Shown piece by piece: positions 48,729 to 56,092 of a stretch of DNA of 64,000 bases. The notes below the pieces were generated by a model. That model ran no database searches. It saw only the letters and a list, made by a program, of their open reading frames with translations, and was not told where the DNA came from. The translations under genes and the position numbers were made by a program. Where the stretch lies: the IMG/VR virus record IMGVR_UViG_3300028393_000050; one strand, written 5' to 3'. This DNA comes from an uncultured virus (IMG/VR IMGVR_UViG_3300028393_000050) (lineage: Duplodnaviria > Heunggongvirae > Uroviricota > Caudoviricetes). The first letter of the stretch is position 1; each line of letters starts with the position of its first letter.

Positions 48729-49252
48729 TATTTAACCTCTTGCTTACAAGTTGGGCAAACCTTTGGGTCTGCATGGACCGGGGCAGCCACTGGCTTAGCA
48801 ACTGGCTTAACAGCTTTTTGCTTTGCAATCTGGCCTTTAATGTATTCGTGAGCATTGTAAACTTTGCCACCAAACACACCTTCGGCAGAGCCGCTTAGTG
48901 TGAAGTGCAAGTGACAGCCAAAACTGGCTGAACCTGTGTTACCTGCTTTACCAACTACGTCGCCTGACTTCACGACTGTTCCAACCTTAAGTGGTGATGG
49001 TTCATTCATGTGGCAGTAACCAAAATAGTGGCCATTATCTGTTTGTAGTACAACAACGTTACCAAGAACGGTGCTTTTTGCTAAAGGTCTATTAAGTACG
49101 ATTGTTCCATCATTTACAGCAAGCAAAGGCTCGCCAACAGGGAAACCGTTATAATCGGTTCCACGATGACCTGGAGCTTTGTGCCACTGGTCTACTGCGC
49201 CAAATAGTGATCCGAGTTTGACCTTCTTTACCGGGAAAATCCAGTTACCCAT
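48728..49252 (-). CDS. M23 peptidase (endolysin candidate)
   Basis: HRGTD, YCHM, GNTG..S.G.HLH. Confidence 0.85.
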   Translation of the reverse strand: MGNWIFPVKKVKLGSLFGAVDQWHKAPGHRGTDYNGFPVGEPLLAVNDGTIVLNRPLAKSTVLGNVVVLQTDNGHYFGYCHMNEPSPLKVGTVVKSGDVVGKAGNTGSASFGCHLHFTLSGSAEGVFGGKVYNAHEYIKGQIAKQKAVKPVAKPVAAPVHADPKVCPTCKQEVK

Positions 49253-49298
49253 AGTGGGGTTCCTTTCGAAGGGTTGGAGGGGACAGTTCTATTGTCTC

Positions 49299-49463
49299 TT
49301 ATTCGTCCCTATTTCGCAGGGGGAACGTGGCTATCCATATAACCAATGAACCTATGATGCACCAGCCAACTACCGCCTTAGCAGAGCCTTCTAGTACAAC
49401 CCAGGCTACAAACATACCTAAAAGAGTCCATATTTGGCCTATAAGGTCATTTAAAAACTTCAT
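49299..49463 (-). CDS. 54-aa 2-TM protein
   Basis: MKFLNDLIGQIWTLLGMFVAWVVLEGSAKAVVGWCIIGSLVIWIATFPLRNRDE; ATGA overlap. Confidence 0.7.
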   Translation of the reverse strand: MKFLNDLIGQIWTLLGMFVAWVVLEGSAKAVVGWCIIGSLVIWIATFPLRNRDE

Positions 49464-49729
49464 TTTTCTTTCCTTCGGCTAGAACTTGATGAACTTGATG
49501 CTGCACTTGCTGCACTACTGGCAGCCATAGCCGCAGCCTGTGTTGCAACCTGTGTAACAATAATGGCAGAAATAACTACTTTTTGTGCTTTTGCTCGCAC
49601 AGCAGGGGGTAGGTCTGCACCAATATTGCCTAAAGCATTAAATGCGTCTGCTAATCCTTGAAATGCTGCCCCCAACAATGGAATGTTCGCAACTGGATTA
49701 TCGTTGTGAAACTCCTTTGGGGGTATTAT
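49460..49729 (-). CDS. -1 frame extension of PA14 protein (hydrophobic segment + basic tail)
   Basis: Open -1 frame across stop, slippery site and hairpin. Confidence 0.65.
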   Translation of the reverse strand: MIPPKEFHNDNPVANIPLLGAAFQGLADAFNALGNIGADLPPAVRAKAQKVVISAIIVTQVATQAAAMAASSAASAASSSSSSSRRKEK

Positions 49730-51192
49730 TTTAAATTTATTGCAAACAACTGTCTAGGTAAGTATGCACCGTCAGCAAAATACTTTGGGTTATTCTTTTT
49801 TGGTTTACGCTTATCAGCAGCAGTAGGCTTTGGAATGTTTGCTAGGTCTACTTTTGCTTGAACAACTTTGGCTTCTAGGTCGTCTACCTGTTGTACCGCA
49901 GACTCAATAGCAGCAAATGTGCTACTGTACTCGGCTTTTAGGTCACGCAAGTTAGCGTCAGCAACTACTTTGTCATCGCTTCTGTTTTGCCAGTTAGATT
50001 CAGCATTATTCATGACGGACTCTAGAGGAACTAAAATAGTGTGTTTATTTGTTAACGAACTTCCAGCGTATCCATAGGCTGCTTGTTTGCCGTCATAATC
50101 ATCACAAGCATTGCTATAAACCACATTTGCCTGTTCTTCAGCGGCTACTGCCTGAACATAAAGAGCGGTCTTAGCGTTTAGTACAGCAAGCAATGCTGGG
50201 TCTTTAACCAAGTTGGCTACTGCTCCCTGTGTAAAGAATGACGCTGGGGCTACTGCGTAAGAACTACCGCCTAGAGGTTTGTAGTTCAAACTAGAACAAG
50301 CACCGCCACCCCACTCATAGAACCAAGCGTCAATAGCGTAGGACTTTCCACCAGTAAAGGAGAACATGCCTGTAGAGTTTGCTCCACAACCTTTTAGCGA
50401 CCAGTCGTTGATTACTTGAGTTCCGTTGATAGACATGAAGAAACCATCATCAGCAGGAGCCTGAAAGTAAACCTTAGTTGTTGTTGGGTAGGTAATGTAA
50501 CCTTTGTAGTGAAGCATGATGTAATCAGAGCCACAACCTAGAATGTCACCGCCACCCCAGTTAGCATCAATGTTAGCTACAGTCGTTGTCTTACATTTGG
50601 TGTAAACAGTATCTGATTTTTGCGGAGGGTTACCTTTGCTATTAATTCCTGTGTAAACGTCAACAACCAAACCAGCGGCATTTTTACCGCTACCTCCATC
50701 GTTGATTAACTTAGTATCATAGTCAATTTGTGCCTGGTTCATAACAGCTTGAGCATTGTCGCTGTTTTGCTGGGTTAATACGTAAGAATCATAAGTAGAA
50801 TCTACTACATCAGCAGCGGCATTTACTGCGGCTACTGCCTGAGCAACTACTGCTTCAGCAGCTTTAACGTCAGCAAAAGCCACATCATAAGTTGCTTTCT
50901 TACCATTATAGTCAGAGATAGCAATGTCTAAAGCGTCCTGTGCTTCAGTAGCGGCAGTCTGGGCAGAGTTAATAAGGTCAGCTTGAGAGTTAGATGAGTT
51001 ACTCCAACTGTCTAAGTTATCTTGAGCAGTGCTTAACTGATTCTGAAGGTCTTGTACCTTTGCCTGTGCCTCAGCAACTTTTTGGTTATAGTCAGTTGTG
51101 CTATCAGCCATAGCAGGGCTAGACAACCCAAACATAAGAAATAGTGAAGTTGCGGCTACAAATAAAGTAGAGAACTTACGCATTTTTTTCAT
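49726..51192 (-). CDS. Secreted coiled-coil protein with PA14 domain
   Basis: Signal peptide ending AMA-D; ID.NWG, ADDG, VINDW, FYEWGGGA; start refined. Confidence 0.8.
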   Translation of the reverse strand: MKKMRKFSTLFVAATSLFLMFGLSSPAMADSTTDYNQKVAEAQAKVQDLQNQLSTAQDNLDSWSNSSNSQADLINSAQTAATEAQDALDIAISDYNGKKATYDVAFADVKAAEAVVAQAVAAVNAAADVVDSTYDSYVLTQQNSDNAQAVMNQAQIDYDTKLINDGGSGKNAAGLVVDVYTGINSKGNPPQKSDTVYTKCKTTTVANIDANWGGGDILGCGSDYIMLHYKGYITYPTTTKVYFQAPADDGFFMSINGTQVINDWSLKGCGANSTGMFSFTGGKSYAIDAWFYEWGGGACSSLNYKPLGGSSYAVAPASFFTQGAVANLVKDPALLAVLNAKTALYVQAVAAEEQANVVYSNACDDYDGKQAAYGYAGSSLTNKHTILVPLESVMNNAESNWQNRSDDKVVADANLRDLKAEYSSTFAAIESAVQQVDDLEAKVVQAKVDLANIPKPTAADKRKPKKNNPKYFADGAYLPRQLFAINLK

Positions 51193-51472
51193 TGGTTTTT
51201 TCCTTTTCATTTTCAACATTTTTTAAAGATACGGTTTGCTGGAAGGCGGCATTAATTTCATTTAGGCTAAGTTTTCCATCTTCTAGGAAAGCTAAAGCAA
51301 GCAGTTCAACTACTTTAGCTACGGCCATTACACCGCCCATTACAGCGCTAAACCAGATAGGGATTTGGATACCGCTCATAGAGCCTGCGACTGTACCCGC
51401 ACCGATTACGCCCAGTGCTGAGGCTACAAATGTTGCAAGTACGCGCAACATGACATTGCCAAAAAGTTTCAT
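51176..51472 (-). CDS. 2-TM membrane protein, paralogue of 48360-48728
   Basis: MK..GN...R and D..(L/I)S...I...F shared. Confidence 0.7.
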   Translation of the reverse strand: MKLFGNVMLRVLATFVASALGVIGAGTVAGSMSGIQIPIWFSAVMGGVMAVAKVVELLALAFLEDGKLSLNEINAAFQQTVSLKNVENEKEKTNEKNA

Positions 51473-51573
51473 AATAATTTTCTAAACTAAGTATTTATAA
51501 GGGAGTTTAGGTATAGAAACGCGTGTTTTAAGCAGGTAACTGCGCGATTAATTTGACAAATAGGGTCAATTCC

Positions 51574-51610
51574 ATTATCTACTAGCCAGGTGTGTTTTTT
51601 TGGCTAAACG
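51574..51610 (-). promoter_or_regulatory. Late-type promoter of envelope cassette
   Basis: CGTTTA-N25-GATAAT. Confidence 0.55.
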
Positions 51611-51718
51611 TTGTTTGGCTCCGTATTTCTATGCTATGGTCTTACCTATAACTGAATATAGTGTCACTTCGACAATAAACGACCCCAGTACTAAAGCAAT
51701 GAAAGGTAAGGTCGCCAA

Positions 51719-52246
51719 ATGAAAAAGTACGTAATTATAGCCAGCATACTTGTAACACTTGCTGGTTGTTCCGCCTCTACAGCAACAGCTGTAGCTCAAA
51801 TTACACAAGAAACAAAGCAACACCAAGTTAAACCATTAACCTTAATTGAGACAGCTAAAGCACACCGCAATACTGCTCAAATGAGGCATGTAGTTAAGTA
51901 TCTGAAAACCCGCGTAGGACGCACATCTTATGTATTTTCAGGTGCCAGTCCCCGTGGATGGGACTGTTCAGGTCTAGTACGCTGGGCCTATGAACGATTC
52001 GGTATAGTATTACCGCACTCGGCAAATGCCCAAGGGCATATTGGAACCCGCGTCTCAAAACCAAAACTTGGAGACATTGTTGTGTTTGCCTATAACGGCA
52101 GCACAAATTTCTATCACGCCGCCATTTACATCGGAAATGGAAAAATCATTAACGCACATCGTGGAGCTCATGCCACGATAATTCAACCGCTTACAGATTA
52201 CAAAAGCGGGCAAATCCGATTTGTCCGTATAGTAAAAACACTGTAA
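51719..52246 (+). CDS. NlpC/P60 peptidoglycan endopeptidase, lipoprotein
   Basis: LAGC lipobox; Y.FSG..P.GWDCSGL, HAAIY.G.G. Confidence 0.9.
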   Translation: MKKYVIIASILVTLAGCSASTATAVAQITQETKQHQVKPLTLIETAKAHRNTAQMRHVVKYLKTRVGRTSYVFSGASPRGWDCSGLVRWAYERFGIVLPHSANAQGHIGTRVSKPKLGDIVVFAYNGSTNFYHAAIYIGNGKIINAHRGAHATIIQPLTDYKSGQIRFVRIVKTL

Positions 52247-52253
52247 ACTAATT

Positions 52254-52290
52254 GTGGGCCGGATGTGCCTCTCACCTTCCGGCCCACTTT
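52254..52290 (+). terminator. GC hairpin after NlpC/P60
   Basis: GTGGGCCGGA/TCCGGCCCAC-TTT. Confidence 0.5.
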
Positions 52291-52363
52291 GCCCCTATAG
52301 CTCATCTGGTAGAGCGACGCACTTGTAATGCGTAGGTGACGGGTTCAAGTCCTGTTGGGGGCC
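52291..52363 (+). tRNA. tRNA-Thr(UGU)
   Basis: Cloverleaf; ACGCA-CTTGTAA-TGCGT anticodon arm; GTTCAAGT T-loop; no encoded CCA. Confidence 0.92.
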
Positions 52364-52384
52364 CTAAACTGATAAAATACCTAT

Positions 52385-52627
52385 ATGACTAGAAATAATG
52401 CAGATTTTCACGGCGGAGAAACTTTTGGTATAGCGCCTATGGGTAGAGGAAAGTCTTTACACCTGGTCACTGGAGATACTTCTACTAAATGTACTAAATT
52501 AGGTGATGTGCACGAACCCACCAAATATTTCCATCCTGGCGGTAAATTGACTCGTGACAAGGCGGCTGCTGCAGTAGGGCCAGGTTTAGATAACCAACTA
52601 TGTCCTAGATGTTTTCCTAAAAAATAG
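52385..52627 (+). CDS. Small leaderless protein with CxxC
   Basis: TAAAAT 6 nt before ATG. Confidence 0.6.
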   Translation: MTRNNADFHGGETFGIAPMGRGKSLHLVTGDTSTKCTKLGDVHEPTKYFHPGGKLTRDKAAAAVGPGLDNQLCPRCFPKK

Positions 52628-52748
52628 CCTATATACATGTATAGATTATGTTAAAATCTATACAGGTACGCCAATTGGGTACCGTAAATAAATACTGTGC
52701 TATGGGCAGTAAATGTACCAAGGCACAGTTGTCGTCTAAGGAGACAAC

Positions 52749-53300
52749 ATGAAAATACGTGATCAATTCCCAGACCCGTGGGATAAACACAACAATCCAT
52801 ATGACCCATATGGTAAAGCAATTCCAAATCCGCATGACCCTGCGGATATTTATAAGAAATGGCAGAAACCGCCTGCCCCAAAGGTTATTACCATCAATGA
52901 CCTATTTCCAAGCCTAGACCGCTGGTCTATTGGCTGGTCCCCGCTGCTAGAGCAGCTTAAAGAGTTGTCAAATGCTAAGGCAAGTTATCCGCCTTATGAC
53001 ATTATTGACCACAAAGACGATACCACAGTCATCAATGTAGCTGTTGCTGGTTTCGATAAGAAAGAACTATCAATCACAGTAGAAGAACAGGCGTTGAAAA
53101 TTGAAGGTAAAAAGAAAGACAAAGAACAAGAAGGCGAACTCGTTCACAACGGTATCGCTGGACGCGATTTTAAGCTCACTTTTGCCCTTGCTGAATTTTA
53201 CGAAGTAGAGTCAGCCAAGGTAGAAAACGGGCTTTTATCAGTCAAGCTGTTTAAGAATATCCCTGATGAAAAGAAGCCAAAAGTCATTGATATCAAGTAA
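52749..53300 (+). CDS. Small heat shock protein (Hsp20)
   Basis: YPPYDI, AVAGF, GIA.R.F...F.L, A..ENGLL. Confidence 0.92.
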   Translation: MKIRDQFPDPWDKHNNPYDPYGKAIPNPHDPADIYKKWQKPPAPKVITINDLFPSLDRWSIGWSPLLEQLKELSNAKASYPPYDIIDHKDDTTVINVAVAGFDKKELSITVEEQALKIEGKKKDKEQEGELVHNGIAGRDFKLTFALAEFYEVESAKVENGLLSVKLFKNIPDEKKPKVIDIK

Positions 53301-53313
53301 ACTATGATGGCTA

Positions 53314-53384
53314 TGGTTCTAAGTGTTACGGTAGCACGGCGGTCTCCAACACCGCAGGCGTAGGTTCGACTCCTACAGAACCAG
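53314..53384 (+). tRNA. tRNA-Trp(CCA)
   Basis: TGGTTCT/AGAACCA acceptor, GCGGT-CTCCAAC-ACCGC, GTTCGACT, G discriminator. Confidence 0.88.
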
Positions 53385-53406
53385 CTTTTTATGGTAAACT
53401 ATAGGT

Positions 53407-53571
53407 ATGCCTAACGCACCTAAAACCCCAACTCGTACTATTCGCGTACCCGACGCCCTTTGGTTAGCTGTTCAAAAAGAAGCTGCCAAGCAGGGTATAA
53501 CTGTTACTAGCATCCTTCTAGAAGCTATGGAAAAATTTATTGCTGAAGGACTTGACAAAGTCGCTGAATAA
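53407..53571 (+). CDS. Ribbon-helix-helix DNA-binding protein, leaderless
   Basis: MPNAPKTPTRTIRVPDALW.AV...A...G.TVT; TAAACT 6 nt upstream. Confidence 0.8.
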   Translation: MPNAPKTPTRTIRVPDALWLAVQKEAAKQGITVTSILLEAMEKFIAEGLDKVAE

Positions 53572-53581
53572 GGTTTAGATT
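53552..53581 (+). promoter_or_regulatory. SigA-like promoter
   Basis: TTGACA-N18-TAGATT. Confidence 0.5.
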
Positions 53582-53633
53582 TGTACAGCTAAGACATAGC
53601 ATCCCCCACGGGGGTTAGACTAAGAGGTACAGA

Positions 53634-54068
53634 ATGCCAATCATCAATGACATGCCTGAAAATAATCTAGACAATTTACGTCAAGAAGTTCAGCAATATG
53701 TAGCATTAAAAGAAGATGTTACTCACATCGAGGGACGCGTAGCAACTTTGCGCAAACGAATAATGGCCGCAGTAGAAGAACTGGGTGAGCCAAATGAAAA
53801 AGGAAGTTTAGTTCTTCCTATTAACGACATAAAGTCAAACACGGGTAGCGTAATAAAACAACGCCGTGTTTCTAAAGTATTTGATGAAGATAAAGCCGAT
53901 AACTTGTTAAAGGAAAAAGGTTTGTTTGATTCAGTAACTAAAACAGTTACCGTACTTGACCAAGACGCTGTCATGGCTGCATACTATGATGGTAAGCTAA
54001 CCGACGAAGACATCGAATCTATGTTTCCTGAAAAGGTTTCATGGGCACTAATATTGGAGAAGAACTAA
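53634..54068 (+). CDS. Hypothetical coiled-coil protein
   Basis: GAGG RBS. Confidence 0.7.
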   Translation: MPIINDMPENNLDNLRQEVQQYVALKEDVTHIEGRVATLRKRIMAAVEELGEPNEKGSLVLPINDIKSNTGSVIKQRRVSKVFDEDKADNLLKEKGLFDSVTKTVTVLDQDAVMAAYYDGKLTDEDIESMFPEKVSWALILEKN

Positions 54069-54286
54069 TGGGACGCATGGCAGATTTAGACGCAGAGATG
54101 CACGAACTACCTGACAACGCTAAAGACTTTATGCAGGGTTTTGATAGAGGTCGTGCTGAAGGAATTGTTATTGGTCAAGAAGAAGGTGCGGCTATGGAAC
54201 GCGTCCGACTTATTGAGTTATTTGAGAAAAGCGACTCAGCTGCTGCTGGGTGGGTTATTGCCGTTATCAATGGAGAAGCCAATTAG
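54068..54286 (+). CDS. Hypothetical protein
   Basis: TAATG coupling, GGAG RBS. Confidence 0.6.
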   Translation: MGRMADLDAEMHELPDNAKDFMQGFDRGRAEGIVIGQEEGAAMERVRLIELFEKSDSAAAGWVIAVINGEAN

Positions 54287-54725
54287 CCAAATAAATTCTG
54301 GTCTATACTCTAGCGCAACTGATGACTGGGGTACGCCTCAAGCATTGTTTGACGAGTTAAACGATGAATTTAGTTTTACCCTAGATGCCTGTGCTAGCGC
54401 ACATAACTTTAAAGTAAATGTTTATTTTAATGAAAAAATTAATGCGCTAGTGCAGGACTGGGCGGGCATCGTATGGATGAACCCGCCTTACGGTCGTGCT
54501 ATTGGTAAATGGATGAAAAAAGCATTTGAAGAATCTCAAAAAGGTGCTACTGTAGTTTGTTTAGTACCCGCTAGAACCGATACCGCTTGGTGGCATGATT
54601 ATGCTATTAAAGGTGAGATAAGGTTTTTAAGAGGCAGACTAAAGTTTGAACAACCAGGGTTTGTAAAAAATAGTTCAGCACCTTTTCCAAGTGCTATAGT
54701 AATTTTTAAAGGAATTAACTCATGA
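54270..54725 (+). CDS. Phage DNA N6-adenine methyltransferase (Dam-like)
   Basis: W.TP, F.LDAC, WMNPPY, LVPARTDT.WW, GRLKF. Confidence 0.9.
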   Translation: MEKPISQINSGLYSSATDDWGTPQALFDELNDEFSFTLDACASAHNFKVNVYFNEKINALVQDWAGIVWMNPPYGRAIGKWMKKAFEESQKGATVVCLVPARTDTAWWHDYAIKGEIRFLRGRLKFEQPGFVKNSSAPFPSAIVIFKGINS

Positions 54726-54895
54726 ATCAGCACATAACTAAAAAAGAAATTATTGCGATTGTGGGAATAATTTTGGCTATGCTTGGTTCTTTACTATACG
54801 GTTACTTTTTAATCAAAGAAGATAAGCCTAAATCGTGTTGGGATTTATATACAACTGAGAATGAAGCTATTTTGCACTGTGAGGTTCACGACTAA
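54722..54895 (+). CDS. 57-aa single-TM protein
   Basis: Manual translation, overlaps both neighbours. Confidence 0.6.
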   Translation: MNQHITKKEIIAIVGIILAMLGSLLYGYFLIKEDKPKSCWDLYTTENEAILHCEVHD

Positions 54896-55386
54896 TGGGT
54901 GAAAAAGATTTTATTGAAGATATGTTTGGGGAGCTTGATGCGTTTTACCCCGGCAGTAAACGTAAGCGTAAAGAACCAATTGAAAAACCAGTACTTGACA
55001 CAAGCTGGGAAAATGATTACACTGAAAGAACTTTGCCAAATGGTAGCGTGGTCAAGATGTATTTGATCGGTTCATTAGCAAAAGCTTTGTCCCGTCCTAC
55101 AAAAACTATAAGATGGTGGACAGAGAGAGGTACACTACCTATGTCTCCTTACCGACTTCCTTCAACATTTGGAAAAGACGGTCAGGAATATGTCGGTCGT
55201 AGACTGTATAGTAAAGCAATGATAGATTCAATTGTAGAACTTTTTCAAAAAGCTGGACTTTATGAAGAAAATCCTATAGACTGGTCTTTACACCGGAGTT
55301 TTAGCGATAAGATAGCCGAGGCGTGGGAAACAATACGCGCAGAAGAAAACAAACAAACAATAACTAAGGAAAAAAATGCCACTTAA
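54895..55386 (+). CDS. MerR-like HTH protein
   Basis: Y.IG.LAKAL.R..KTIR.W...G.LP...RRLY. Confidence 0.75.
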   Translation: MGEKDFIEDMFGELDAFYPGSKRKRKEPIEKPVLDTSWENDYTERTLPNGSVVKMYLIGSLAKALSRPTKTIRWWTERGTLPMSPYRLPSTFGKDGQEYVGRRLYSKAMIDSIVELFQKAGLYEENPIDWSLHRSFSDKIAEAWETIRAEENKQTITKEKNAT

Positions 55387-56032
55387 TAATGCCCCAGATG
55401 CCGCTAGCTACGTTGCAGACGACATCGATTCACGCCCATCACAGGCCACAGCAACATCTACATCAGTTCAGTCTGGTTGGGATGCTGCCGAAAGCCTTGC
55501 AGTCTCAAGCGAATTTCCAACGGAAGTTAAGTTTGAGGAAAACCAGCACCAGGTCTTCAAGTTTCTTGACGAGAACGGCCCGTTTGCTATCTACAAGCAG
55601 CACTTCCTAAAGCAGAAGACAAGCGGTAAGCGCTCGTACGTCTGTATCGGTGCTAATTGCCCACTTTGCGTCAAGCTCCAGGATCGCCCGGAGAACAAGC
55701 GCGCCTTCACAGTTGTGTCACTAAACTCACCAATTGGAATGCAGCGTCAGATGCTTATTTCAGGTGCACGCCTATATCAGGCTTTGCACGCAGCTCACTA
55801 TTCACCACAGGGCCCTCTTACAAAGGGATACTGGGCGATTGTGCGTATCGGTAAGGGTCCATCGACTTCTTACACCGTATCTCCAATCAAGGAACGTGAC
55901 CTAGAGGAAGACTGGAAGTTAGATGCATCTGCTGCATCTGCCGTAGTCAGTGCCTCAGAGGTTTACGCTCGCGGGCTAATCAAAGAGCACTCCTTTGAAG
56001 AGCTCGATGAAATCGCGGATTCTTTAATCTAG
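55376..56032 (+). CDS. Single-stranded DNA-binding protein (gp32-like)
   Basis: KFLD, QHF, C....CPLC, R.GKG..T.Y; precedes polymerase. Confidence 0.7.
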   Translation: MPLNNAPDAASYVADDIDSRPSQATATSTSVQSGWDAAESLAVSSEFPTEVKFEENQHQVFKFLDENGPFAIYKQHFLKQKTSGKRSYVCIGANCPLCVKLQDRPENKRAFTVVSLNSPIGMQRQMLISGARLYQALHAAHYSPQGPLTKGYWAIVRIGKGPSTSYTVSPIKERDLEEDWKLDASAASAVVSASEVYARGLIKEHSFEELDEIADSLI

Positions 56033-56042
56033 ATTCAGTAGC

Positions 56043-56083
56043 AATAGGCGGGGACTTGACATCCCCGCCTATTACGCTATTGT
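56043..56083 (+). promoter_or_regulatory. Perfect 12-bp inverted repeat with TTGACA in loop, upstream of polA
   Basis: AATAGGCGGGGA-CTTGACA-TCCCCGCCTATT. Confidence 0.55.
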
Positions 56084-56092
56084 GGAGATATT

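Noticed and set aside
51640..51715. c-di-AMP (ydaO) riboswitch
   Set aside because: Only a CTGAAT fragment matches; too short and lacks the other conserved blocks
52291..53384. Prophage attachment site or host boundary at tRNAs
   Set aside because: Phage genes continue on both sides; no integrase or duplicated tRNA end seen
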